Assembly (NCBI RefSeq): GCF_009914755.1
Contig: NC_060932.1
Length of the DNA: 64,000 nucleotides
Reading direction: 5' to 3' (one strand)
Source of the DNA: the human T2T-CHM13v2.0 reference genome, Homo sapiens
Within the stretch, counting starts at the first letter, position 1, and the number at the start of each line of letters is the position of its first letter. The translations under genes were made by a program, and so were the position numbers. Positions 27,436-41,891 of the stretch are shown here, one piece after another. The notes under the pieces are model-generated. The model did not search any database. It saw only the letters and a list, made by a program, of their open reading frames with translations, and was not told the DNA's origin.

Positions 27436-27688
27436 CTAATTGAAGTCCCAGAATGATTTCTGTTGTTTGCATTGCCACAGGCGAGGGAGTATAGAAAGCA
27501 ACAAGATTTTCATGTTTTCCCATTTCATATTAATTTCCTAAGGATTTCTATAAGACTTTTAAAAATATATGTAAAACAGCTTATTTTTAGTTTTCCCCTA
27601 CTCATTTGCATTTTAACATGTTGATAAGTAACATTTAAACTCAGTAGTTATGATTAACCCTGTTCTACAATTCTAAAAGTACTGGGAA

Positions 27689-27718
27689 GTGTGTGTGTGT
27701 GTGTATGTGTGTGTGTGT
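27689..27718. repeat. (TG)n microsatellite, one interruption
   Basis: Direct read. Confidence 0.95.
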
Positions 27719-30700
27719 TTGTGCTGCCTTTGCAACCAATCAAATATAGCTCTCAGTTGAAAAACAATTATTATCATATAGACAATAATTAGATTTGATA
27801 GTGGGGCCAGCCATTGGTAAGTTTAAAAGTCACCCTAGGTGATTTATATATGCAGTTGGGTTGAACACCTCTATTCAGATGAAGCACTTAGATGGAAGTA
27901 TAGCCAAGCATGGCTATAATTTCACATCTGAAACCTGTTTTATCCTGAGTCATTTGCATAGTGCTTATTATATGTGTTTATAGAGTCTTTGGTTGTGTTA
28001 TAAGATATTAAAAGTTGGTGTGAATTAAAGAAGTGACATGCAATGATGAAAGCCTAGAAGATAAGCACCAGATCTTCTAATTATAACTCAAATGAGTTTG
28101 GTTGATACAAAATATTATGGGAATTAGACACAAACATTACTAATGCATAATGCTGGAATAAAAATCTTAGAGTTATGTAAATATGAAAGACATTCTATCT
28201 AATTTGTACCACAAGGTAATAGGTTCAAGCATTTTTATTTGTATGTATTTACTTTGTACCCTGAATTGTGCAGAAAACACTTTTCTAAAATTTAGAGTGC
28301 AAACTAGAAAATATAAATCTCGAGTAGTTAATATTGTAGTCAAAGGAAAGATTTTGAGATCTTTTAACGTCTCAGTTCACAGAGACCTCTTCCTCAGATG
28401 GATTGGTTTTTATTTGTTAAGATTAATGTTTACCATTTTAAATAGTTTCTTGAATATTCCTGGTAATGGAATAGAGTCATAATAATAATTTCTAGTTCTG
28501 CTAAGAGAGTCAATAGTAGAGCTGCTTGATATTGATAGTAATTTTGATAATATACAACATGTCATGATTTTCCAGATAACAACTTGTCTCTTGGCCAAAA
28601 TAAATACACATATTGTTTATCTTGTTACCTTATAAAAAATTTTTTTATTTTGTTAGTATAGCGATTTGACCACTTTTTAAATTAATATTTTAAAATAGTT
28701 CAGTGGATAATCTCATTTTGAAATGTCTATTGATTGATATATCCATTATATATTTTATATATATGGGTATATTTCTCATTAGCCAAATTGATACTTTCTT
28801 ATTTACACTTACATTTAAATCACATTTCTGCTCTACAGCATTTTCTTTTCTCTAGAGCCTATTCTACTGACTTAAACTAGCCTGAAAGATTTGAAAATTC
28901 TATTTAAAACAAGTGTATGGAAAATCTTTGAAATAACTTATAACAGTGTCAGAGAAGAAGAGTATTACACATTGTACTGAAGAGCATTCCATTAATAAAA
29001 AGATTAACAAAAAATTCTAACAACGTTCAGACATGTAATAGCAATGAAAAACATTAATTATAATACTGAACAATTACATTTTCGGTAGTTAAAGGGGATA
29101 AAAAATGCTATATAGGAAATTAGCATCTGCAGAGAAGATATTATAAATTGGCAGTGATTATGTGTAGATTTAAAATATGTTGAAACATGGTCATAGCAAC
29201 TGTTTTTCTTTTTGGTTGAAAAGAGGCATATTAAAGTGTTTAAGCACTTTTTCGATTGGAGTAGATATTTAGACACTGTACAGAAAATACTTGCTTGCAG
29301 AATAGCAGATATTAACATGTGTATGAAATGTGTGTTTTTAATTAATGCATTTTCATTCACTCAGAAAAGAAAAGATCGCCGAGTTTAGCTTAAATGTAGC
29401 ATTGTGGCATATTAAAATGGCATTCTTAGACTTTCCACGTTGCTGTTCCTTTTGCCTTCACTAAACAGTGCTGGCCTCTCATTTATCCAAGTTAGAAATC
29501 TAGATGCAATTCTAAAATTGTCAACCTAGAATCCTCTACCTTCATGCTTCCCACTCAATAAATCACTAATATCTGACTCTCCTATTTCACCAGGCAGTCT
29601 TCTCCACTGCACCCCTGCTCCCTTATTCTCAGGGCCTACCATCTCTGCCTCAACCTGCCAATCAAAGTCACTTCTATTTCATTATGAGCAGGGCCATTTT
29701 TAAGGTTTCTCCCATCCTGGGCAATTGCACTTTTGGAAGCTCCACACTACATTTTATCAAATATATTAAAATGTATCCAAATCACATATTTAATATAATT
29801 TATTACATAACTAAGTAGGAGATGCATTTCATGAGTTGTAATATTAGTGCTGATAATGTTAATAAAACATGCTTTTAATCTCACTTTTGCATTTTCAAAA
29901 ATATTTTGGAAGCTTTTTTTTAGGTGTCAATATTTTCATAGGTCTTTCTCAAACTCATAGTCTCTACAGAGTGTGCTTTTACTATCACAAGGCAAAACAG
30001 CCCTAACAGTGAGGCAACTGAATATGAGGAACATCACCTGGATAATTAAACCAGATTTGTGGGAGATGGAATAGGAAGTGTTTGTAGAACAAATACAGAA
30101 ATCAAGGAAAAGATGGTGGTGTCAATTAATACTCTGCATAGGAGATCATAATATTCAAAACCCAGATACTGTTGAGATATCAATAGACTATCACCCTATA
30201 GAGTAATACCTCAAAACATAATGTAAACTACTTACATATTTAAAAAGAAATATTGATGGCAAACCATTAACAGAAAGTGAAGGAAGTTTATACCCCACTG
30301 CAAACATTGGAAAATGGTAACTGTAAATGGTTAAATCACCTATTAGTTTCATGACTTAAGATTTCTAAACCTTTACTATTTCATCTTTTAAAGTGAGATA
30401 ATGAGAATACTGTTTTGAGAGAGTTGTTAAGAAATTTAAATTATATAATCCATATACACAGATGTGATATCTGGCACATATGTAATATTTGTTTTTGTTA
30501 TTGTTATTATTCATAAGGCACTATTAAACCGTAGCTGTTTTGTTATTCTTATGGTCATTATTATATCTTGGAACAGACCAGAAAATATTACTGAGCTTGA
30601 TTGGATCCTTTTTTTGATTTTAAAGATGAAAAAGTTAATATGAGTTATTTTGATAACTGTGTCAGTGTTCTAATATCCTTTGAAAATCTAAGTATTTATT

Positions 30701-30898
30701 TAACATAGGAGGGCAAGTCATAGATTAATGAGAGGTTATAGATTTTAAAAGTATCTTTCTTCCTTGGACTCTTACAGAGCCAGTAAAGGAAAAGATAAAA
30801 CAAATAATTTGGCAAGTATTATATAACAAAGAACACCACCAGCCCCAGGCCCTTAATGCTTTTGTGATTTTGATGTGAATAAACCCTGGTCCCCTCTC

Positions 30899-30906
30899 TG
30901 ACGTCA
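30899..30906. promoter_or_regulatory. Full palindromic CRE (TGACGTCA)
   Basis: CTGACGTCAG read directly in apparently non-repetitive intronic DNA; function untested. Confidence 0.45.
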
Positions 30907-31759
30907 GTACTGCTGCTGACTGGGTAAGACATTGGTCAAGTCGATTAACCTTTCGCTGCTTTAGTTTCTTCTTTTGTAATGTGCAGGTAATATTACTTGT
31001 CACTTGCCAACCAGCAGTACTTCTGCAGCTAATTGACTTTCTCAGCAGGGGTATTGCAAAGATTAGTGGATAAATGATTTATAAACCCTTTGAAATATTA
31101 AATATATGATATAAAAAGCCCTAGCAAAAGGACAGAAGAAATTATTCCATGCTTTAATTTGCTACTTTCGTCATATATATTTGATAAAAAACTTAAAAGA
31201 GGAAGCCATCAACGAAGTGAAAATAGGTTAGATTACTCGGGATTCTAGATGCTTTCTATTGCTGTTATTTTAAAAAATCTTTTGTTATAATTGTGAATAT
31301 AAGAAAAGAAAGTGTGCTAGAGATCATAACTGTGTTTATCTTCTTAAGTTTATAAAAAATATTTCATTAGACAGGAAAATGAACTGGGTAAGAATAAGGA
31401 CACATACTCTCAGCCTAGTTTTACTATGAACAACTGTATGACCTCGATCAAGTTACTTAAACAAGGAGGATCTTGAGTAAGATAATCAAGAACAATCTAC
31501 ATAATACATTTTGTGGATTTAGGAACAAAATACAAAACTCTGTGCCATACATTGTAGTGGATTCGAAAATCAAAGACCCAGAAATATAATATAAAGAGGT
31601 CAACATGAAAATAATAAATTCTCACATAAGACAGAATTAAATCAACACAATAACAAAGTTATTTATTCTACCTGGAGATGGAGAAAGAGTGTGACTGGAA
31701 AGATAAGAACTGGTTGAGAAGACCAATAGGAGAATACCAAGAGCTTTGGTACTTTAAAT

Positions 31760-32036
31760 ACTTTGGGAGGCTGAGGCGGGTGGATCACCTGAGGTCGGGA
31801 GTTTGAGGCCAGCCTGACCAACATGGAGAAACCTCGTCTCTACTAAAAATACAAAATTAGCTAGGCATGGTGGCGCATGCCTGTAATCCCAGCTACTCAG
31901 GAGGCTGAGGCAGGAGCATCACTTCGACCCAGGAGGCGGAGGTTGCGGTGAGCCAAGATCATGCCACGGCACTCCAGCCTGGGTAACAAGAGCAAAATTG
32001 CATCTCAAAAAAAATATAAACAACAACAACAACAAA
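31760..32036 (+). mobile_element. AluSp-like, 5'-truncated, (CAA)n tail
   Basis: CCTGACCAACATGGAGAAACC, GGTTGCGGTGAGCC and AACAAGAGC diagnostics. Confidence 0.92.
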
Positions 32037-32100
32037 GTGCAGTGTAAAACGCTAAATACAATTTGATATGGATGACTATTGTGAAAAGACTATTGCAAGA

Positions 32101-32206
32101 GTGAATAATTATTTGGTGAATAATTATTTGGTGAATAATCTGTAGTGATTATTTAGTGTACAGATTATTTGGTGTACAGATTATTTGGTGAATAATCTGT
32201 AGTGAT
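32101..32206. repeat. Composite 15/16-bp minisatellite with internal inverted repeat
   Basis: GTGAATAATTATTTG x2, TATTT(A/G)GTGTACAGAT x2, and a 27-mer at both 32123 and 32180. Confidence 0.85.
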
Positions 32207-32379
32207 AGTTCCTGAGAAAACAGTCCTCCTAAGTTAATAGATACATGTGTAAAATTACAAGGGGAATTAAAAATAAAGCAGTGTAGAGGAAGCAGGGAAA
32301 ATTAGTATCTACCTCTTTTCCTATATGGGAGTAAATGAAAGAAAAAGCGATGAATGTCTTAAAGAACATGCAGGGTTGA

Positions 32380-32459
32380 TTGTTCCATTGCACCCCAGCC
32401 TGGGCAACAAAGTGAGACCCTGTCTCAAAAAGAAAGGAAAAAAAAAAAGAAAAGAAAGA
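32380..32459 (+). mobile_element. Severely 5'-truncated Alu (AluJ/FRAM-like 3' end)
   Basis: CCATTGCACCCCAGCCTGGGCAACAAAGTGAGACCCTGTCTC + A tail; degenerate TSD ATGCAGGGTT / ATGCAGAGTT. Confidence 0.8.
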
Positions 32460-33139
32460 TTTAAAAAATGCAGAGTTAAAAGATAAAAGATTTTATAACA
32501 GGGAAGATGTAAGCAATTTGCAAAGTGTTAAAGAAGTAGCTGAAGTAAAACTGTAACTCCAGAAGCAAGAGGCAGAATTGAAGGAATGATAATGAGGAAG
32601 AAGATAGAATCAAGAGCACCAGTCAGGTATTAATAATGGTGGGCAAAAGGACTCTTGAATAAAGAGATGGATGACCTTAAATGTGATAATAAAGAAAGAG
32701 GATTGAAGATGAATGATGACCTTGGTCTCCACAAAGTTATTAGGTAAGATTTGCTATGGAGAGTAAGAAAGCAAGATACAAATAAAATTTAAAGAGCATA
32801 CAAAAAAAAGAAAGAAAGAAATTGTTTTTATTAGGGATAGTATAGGGGTAAACCAGGAATGAGTATAAGAATTTATGAGTAGCTTTGAGGTCACTCGTTG
32901 CCCAATTATAAAAGTATTTTCTAAAGAAAGATAGTACTTCTAACATTTTAAACATTTACAGGTAAAGAGTTCTCATTTTAAAGTTTTTACGTGTTAAACA
33001 TTGTAGGGGGAAAAAGTATTTGAGTCTGATCTAAAGAAAGTTCGAGAGGAGAAATTAAGTAATGATGCCATTCGGGGTGGGGAAGAAGGCTGACATTTGC
33101 AGGAATGATGCAAAAGCAAGGTGGGGGTGGGCAGGGAAC

Positions 33140-34412
33140 TGCTGGAACTTTTGCACTAAGCAAGTCAGTGGCACTGAACTCTCCTAGTGATCTATGTATT
33201 CTGCACCCCTACACACTCACAATTAGTATTTTTTTAGTTCCAGGTTTACCTAAGAATGTACTTGATGAAGCAGTAAAAAAAAAAATTCATTTTCTTGAAT
33301 CTCGACCTTTGAGTACACATGTTTTTAATATTCATGTGATGAAATGGGACATCTCATGAAGCACTTCTGTTGTGTATCAAACATGTGGTTATCACAAGTA
33401 AAGCACCTTGTGCAACTGTGGGTTGAGAGCTGAGCCAGACATTATTTTCATGGATCACCATTTTTACTTGAACGAACAAGTGACAGGCAAACTAGTTGTT
33501 CAAACTTGGACATTTGGCAGAAATTTTCTTGAAAATGAACAAAGTGAGCTTGTCACTTCTAGGAAAGCAAAATCTAACAGTGTCTTTTGCCAATGAAAAA
33601 ATCTGAACTTTCAAACAAAAATTATAATTTCAGAAAACCTATTATCTGCCCCTGTGAACTTGTCAGTTTCCCAATTCTTAAAGACTCTTCAGATGACATA
33701 GTTGGTGTTGCCAACAAGTGTGATATTGTATAATTAAATGTGCTACCGTTTGGGAAATTTACATAACCCAGTGTACCAATATTTTCCAGATGACCAATGT
33801 CTGATAGTTAAAAAAAAAAAAAGAAAAAGAAAAAAATTGCGTGGACAAAAGACCATTTCAAACTGCAAGAAAGACAATGGGAACTTTCTAAAGGCAGAGT
33901 ATGGAAAGCATATTCATATGACTTCAGATTCCACATTGAAAAAAAGCCATAATTATCTGAAAAGGCTATTAAAATTCTCCTCACTTTTCCAGCTAAAAAA
34001 AATAATATCTCTGTTAAGCCAGATTCTCTTATGTACTTCAACTAAAACAACATGTTAAGAGATACTGAATGCAGAAGCAAATATGAGAAACCAGATGTCT
34101 TTTATTAAGCCAGACATTTGCAAAATTAAGCCAGAGAGTTGCAAATGTAAATCAATGCCATACTTGTCACTATTTTTTTTTTTGCTTTGGAGAATATATT
34201 TTATTTTCATTAAAATATTTATATAAAGTGTAATGGGTTTATTCATAGTATTTGAGGTGAATTAATACTTATTTAATTTTTTTCAGTTTTTCTAATTTCC
34301 CATATGTTAAATATTGGTAGATTTATCCCTGGAGAATGAAAGCTAAGTGGGGTTCTTCATAATTTTTGAGCATGTAATAGATATCTGAGACCAAAACAAT
34401 TCAGAAATACTA
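33140..34412 (+). mobile_element. Charlie1/1a hAT DNA transposon remnant
   Basis: GAATCTCGACCTTTGAGTACACATG, CACCATTTTTACTTGAA, GAAAATGAACAAAGTGAGCTTGTCACTTC, GAATGCAGAAGCAAATATGAGAA; frameshifted transposase decay. Confidence 0.8.
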
Positions 34413-34710
34413 ATGTAGACCAAACACTAAACACACAGTAAACTACTCAAGGTCTTTAAACATACTTCCCATGATTTCACAAAGTCAAAGTTGAGAAGTT
34501 ATATAATTGCATTTTGTAATAGTGGAAAAAGGGGAATTTTCTTTCTTTCTTTCTTACTTAAAAGGAATCATAGTATTCAGATTAAAGAGAAGTCTTCAGC
34601 GCATGCTGATGACATTCTCTCCATTCTTTCCTCCAAGTCTGTGAGTCTCATTTCATGTGTCCCATTTACAGGAGTAAAATTAGCATGTTACCCAGTCACC
34701 ATTTGGCTCA

Positions 34711-34815
34711 TGACTCAATGTCACTATAAAAATCATTTTAGCAACATCATAGGCCCAACTTCTAGAATCCATCGATGTGGAACACTTCAGTTTGTTTAAC
34801 GTAGGAGACGTAAGT
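34711..34815 (+). promoter_or_regulatory. Candidate internal PKIA promoter and short alternative first exon
   Basis: AP-1 TGACTCA 34711-34717, TATAAAA 34725-34731, consensus donor GAC|GTAAGT at 34810-34815. Confidence 0.5.
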
Positions 34816-36653
34816 ACATGCTTTTCATAGCCTCTTGAAATCTGTCTAAATCTGTAAATTCTACTATAGTAATACCTTATGCTTCATTCTCTCAAATAAT
34901 TTGTGTGTATGGAATTTTAAAAAGAAGGCACAAAAAGGAAAAGATCAGCACAGATCATGAGTCTCAGTTTTGAAATCCATTATATAAAGAATTTGTAGAG
35001 CAGCAATATTGCTTCTGTTGCTAAAGAGTAAGAGAGTGAGGCTGTATTAAGAAAAGAGAGAGCAAGATTATTTCTAATTCATAGATTTTGATTGAATTTT
35101 TAGATGTCAGGTTTTAGAGATTTATGCTTTAAAATTTAATACAACTTTAAATAGTTCAGTATTTAAATAATAAAATGTCCATTTCCCTCTTTTCCCTATC
35201 CCATAAGGCTGAATATTAGTATAATTGGATCTTTTGTATAACTGGATACAAAAAAGTAACACCATATTACCTTGTCTGTATTCAATACTATCATTTGGTC
35301 ATGTCTAGAAAATTCCAGTTATAGCAACATAGACAGGAAACTCTAGTAAAGAATCAAAGTCTACTTTTAATAAGTTTTCCAGATTTTGTCCTGATTATTT
35401 TTATAAAGTCAGAATATGTGCTAGTTGCTGGTCTACTAAACTTCCGTCTGCTGCTGACATTTATTTGACTCTTTTTGAATTTTGTAATTTTGGGGGGTGA
35501 ATATCTGTCAAACATAATTTTTATGGCTGTTCTCCAGAATTTCAAAGCAAAAGTACAAGTCGTCTATACAGGTATGCTTGATGTAAAATATATTTATCTC
35601 TCAGAGTCATATTACTAAATTAGAAGACCTGTGTCTAAATGCTTGACTGAAAAAAAAATAGCCACTAGGCAGGTAAAAATATCTATTTTTGAGCACTTAA
35701 GGGGAATTCACTAAAAGCACTATAATCATAGAGAAAATCTGGAGTATACAATATATATTTTGTTTAAAAATGTAATTGTATGTGTTCCTTCATTCACATA
35801 TTTGTTGTGTGCTATTTGTTAGCTATTGCTCTTTTATTGGAAAATAGATCTATTGTCTAGGGAAAGAAAATATAATAAGCAATGAAATATTACTTTTATA
35901 GTAATAGCTATTTCTATTATAATAATTATATTGGCTACTCTAACTGGATATCCAGTGCTTAGTTTCTATGTTACTTTAAAGGTTCAGAATTGGATGCACA
36001 TGGAACTAAAAATATATTTCAACTTTACAGGAATAATCTCTTCTCACAATTGTCTCTATTGTCTTTCATTCAATTGAAATGAAAGCTATATATGAAGATT
36101 TTAAAAGTAAGCACAATATACTTTTATGTCTTTCATAACCTCATTTCTTCCTTCATGTGTTCATTACTTGGGAGTGCACTAAATGAAAATTCAAAGTAAG
36201 TTGTTGCTTACCCTCATATAAGTAGAATTGCCACCAGGATCTTTTAAAATTCCCACATAGATAAGTCATAACACAAGACACTTTCTTTTATATATACCTT
36301 CTCATGGAAAATGTTACCACATTTCTCTGCCTCATTTTTGGTATTTCAAATCTTTTAAAAACTATTTTCAGCAAGGAGAATTAGATATAAACCCCTACAA
36401 GGATATGTATTATCATGGCAGTTAGAAATGATAATGGCAAAAAAACAGGGACCTTTACTGCAAAGTACAATGCCCTTTACACAAAACCCAAAGACATATA
36501 CCCATAGTTTAAGTCATGGTAATATGTATGATTTAGTGGTTACTTAAAATCTCTGAGACTTATTTTCTCCATCTGAAAAATGAGGATTTGTTTTCCTACT
36601 TTACATCATTGTTATCAGATGAGAAATAATAGCACTCGTGCTTTTTTCAAGCC

Positions 36654-36946
36654 TGTTTGTTTGTTTGACACGGAGTCTTGCTCTGTCACCCAGGCTGAAA
36701 TGCAGTGACCCAATCTTGGCTCACTGCAACCTCCGCCACCCGGGTTCAAGCGATTCTCCTGCCTCAGCCTCCTGTGTAGCTGAGATTACAGGCGTGCACC
36801 ACTACGCCCAGCTAATTTTTGTATTTTTAGTAGAGACAAGGTTTCACCATGTTGGTCAGGGTGGTTTCGAACTCCTGACCTCTTGATCAGCCTGCCTCGG
36901 CCTCCCAAAGTGCTAGGATTACAGGCATGAGCCACCATGCCTGGCC
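36654..36946 (-). mobile_element. AluS
   Basis: Reverse-complement Alu dimer; AAGCCT..TGTTT flanking duplication. Confidence 0.95.
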
Positions 36947-37479
36947 TAAGCCTATGTTTTTAAAAGCCATAGAAAGAGACTAAGAGTGAAAATCATTGTG
37001 AAAAGAGCTTGAATATCTCTTGTGACTCCACCTCTCCTTAAATATTTATAAGATGTATTTGCTAGATTGATGTGCATGTTCAGTTCTAAACCTTTGAAGT
37101 AATGCAGAAACCAAATACTGTGTTGGTTAATGGTAATGCATATAATGAAAATATCTTCACAATTAATAACACTGAATTATTCCAAGTTCCAAAAACTTTA
37201 TTCAAACTCTGACTTACTCATAGACAGGCTGCCTGGTAAAGTAAAAAGCATGGGCAGGAACTTTGCAGACTTAAGTTCCAAGTACTTAATTCATTAACTA
37301 TGCGATTATGGGCAGATTAATTTATTAACTATGTGAATATGGGCAGATCACTTGAATTATCTGGTACTCAGGTCCTTCATCTATAAAAACTTCTAGACTG
37401 AAGTAGATGAATTTTTAGGATTTAGTAATTTAGTACAATCAGGAAGCAGGAAAGTTTTCTGTGGCCACTGATAAAAGGT

Positions 37480-38925
37480 GATTAATATATTTCTTCCTCA
37501 TTGGTCAGTTCTATTTAACATATTCTTATTTAACAATGGCTATGTGCAAACAACTCTGCTAGAAATTGTATGTGATTAAAATATTAACAAAATGCAGTAA
37601 TCTATTGAGAAGGAGAAGTAACTATAGCTCTAGTTAGAATTAAGTGCCCTGTAGGGTACAAATCAAACCTTTAGATCGCTACCTGAAGAGATAGGGAAAT
37701 TAGGTAAAAGAGAAGATGGTGTTTGACTGAGTTTTGAGGGCTAAATCTACTTTAACAAGAAAGTTTGTTGGGGAAAAACTGTTACGGGTGGAGTAACAGA
37801 CTTGAACCAGCACAGCAGCAGAGAAACTCTGGAAAAATATTGCTCATTATTCTAAAACATACCATGTATGAGAGCAAGTGGTTGAAGTTAAAAAAAAAAA
37901 AAAAGTGAGTCCTTTCCAGATCATGGAAGGCTTTAAAAGAAATGCTAAAAAATTCAGAATGTGTTCTATAGGCTGTGCAGCAGGCTTGAAAGGCCTTTGA
38001 GAAAGGCAAAATGGTAACACTTACTGCAGCATTTTGGATAGGTTGGGACGTGGAGAAACTCAGGGAATAGAAAAACTCAGCATTTGGTTGATATGCATGT
38101 TCCTATGTTTTTCCTGTGTTTTACAGGGACTAAATATGACTGGCATCAAATAAAAATCAGTATGACCTGGCAAGTGATTAGACATGGATATCAAGGGAGA
38201 GAAATGGGGGGAAATATATTCTCCAACATGTGTCATGTTAATGAGCAGTGGGTAATGGCATTAGAGGTGGAAGGAAATAAAATCAATAGCATGTCTTAAA
38301 AAGGCAGGTCAATTCATCCGAAAAAGAAAGAATGGTGATTACACATAGAAATGTTGTTTGAAAAAGGAAGAATTTTTAGAGAATTTGTAACAGATGTCCC
38401 GTATCTTCTCAGAGGAAGATGCAGAGTCATCTCTTAAGGTAGGTGGTGTCTGGTGTGTAGACTGGAAAGGGTTTGGAATCCTTCCCAAAGAGAACAGCAT
38501 AAGGAAGAGTCAACTAGAGGTGAACAGAAGAATTTCTGAGCAACTCCATCCAAGTGTATACTAATAATAGAGCCAGAAATTTCTAGTTGAGCCAATTGGC
38601 ACAATTTTGTGACTTTTTCTGGTAACACTTAGCCACCCAGTACTGAGATCAGAGAAAATATACTGTAGTGTTTTCCCAGCAGTGAAGTGTAGGTACGAAA
38701 GTAAAGATAACAGTAGATCAAAGGGACTTCTTGATGCTAATAAAAAAACTACATAAAGTAGTGGGTAACTGATTCACGTAGGACTGGACCTAGAGGAAAC
38801 TAAAAAGTGATTCAAGGAATTAAAGACAGCATCAGTATAAAGAATTGGTTCATTGAGTATAAGAGGAAAAGAAAAAGAAAAGGTGGCTGTGACGAGGGGA
38901 GAGAATTTCCAGATTCAGAATTTTA
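37480..38925 (-). mobile_element. L2 LINE fragment (degenerate)
   Basis: Purine-rich antisense L2-like blocks (TTTGACTGAGTTTTGAGGG, CCAGATCATGGAAGGCTTT). Confidence 0.55.
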
Positions 38926-38941
38926 CAAATGAGGTGGTTTT

Positions 38942-40813
<1,872 letters not shown>

Positions 40814-41192
40814 TAGAAATGAAAGGGTTTTGAGTAATCAGTTTTTGTACCTTTTGACATTTTATTTCCAAGATTTAATCAAGAGTGTTTGTTACTCCTC
40901 TCAAGTAATGACTTATCAAGGGGAACGTGGGGAGCTGTTTTTCTGGACTGGAAGCGCTATTTGATCACTGAAAATATTTAGAATTGCTGGTGCATGGTGC
41001 ATAGTGGTAATAAAAAGCAAACTGAATTTTGGCCCATTTCATTAACAGACTGTACAGACAATGCTCTCACTTAGTGCTTACCCCTAGGATGAACCACTTT
41101 TTACTTAGCACCCCCCACCTGATCTCAAGTTCTCTCTGGAGTTGAAGAATGACTAAAATGGTATTAGAGAAAGAAAATTTTATAATGTAAAC

Positions 41193-41734
41193 TAAATGTC
41201 AACAAACTATGGCATGCAGGCCAAATCTGGCCCATTCTCTATTTTTGTTAGTAAAGTTTGTTTATTACATTTGTTTTACGTATTGGCTATGGCTGCTTTT
41301 GTACTGTAAGGACAAAGTTGAGTAGTTGGGATAGAGATCATATGACCCTCAGAGCCTAAATATGTACTATCAGGCTTGATAATCCTACCTAAATGCCCAT
41401 CAACAGTGGACGAGATCATGTCTGTTGCAGCAACATGGATGGAGCTGAAGGCCATTATCCTAAGTAAATTAATGCAGGAACAGAAAACCAAACACTGCAC
41501 GTTCTCACGTATAAGTGGTAGCTAAAAACTGAGTACAAATGGACACAAATATAATACATAATACTGTATATTATGTAAAAATACATAATAATATGTATTA
41601 TTAATTATTAATAATAATTAATATTATTACATTTAATATTAATATATTAATATTAAATGAATATTAAATATTACATTTAAATATGTAAAAATGTACATAT
41701 TTAAATATGTACATTAAAGGTTCCCAGACCTTTG
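41193..41734 (+). mobile_element. MER58A hAT MITE split by a ~340-bp insertion
   Basis: CAAACTATGGC..GGCCAAATCTGGCCC..AGTTGAGTAGTTG..AGCCTAAATATGTACTATC to ~41375; terminal remnant AAAGGTTCCCAGACCTTTG at 41716-41734; 8-bp near-TSD ATGTAAAC/ATCTAAAT. Confidence 0.75.
41381..41549 (+). repeat. Inverted copy of 39154-39321
   Basis: Manual alignment: 3 substitutions and 1 indel in ~168 bp; ORFs 39203+ and 41276- begin with almost the same peptide. Confidence 0.95.
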
Positions 41735-41891
41735 ATCTAAATACTTAGGACCAGAAAAGGCATTACTTGTTTTGTGAACTTGTAAACAGGACAATTGTTT
41801 CACATTCATATACTAAGTCGGTAGTTAAATGTTTAGCATTGACTACCATTATATTCACCTATTAATTTTCCTTTCTTTTGTAGTCCCTGCT

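Noticed and set aside
32101-32206. Short repeats with variable spacers, superficially CRISPR-like
   Set aside because: Mammalian DNA, 15-16-bp units, spacers are copies of the repeat, no cas genes.
33105-34246. Several ORFs suggesting a transposase gene
   Set aside because: Fragmented Charlie1 fossil with many stops and frameshifts.
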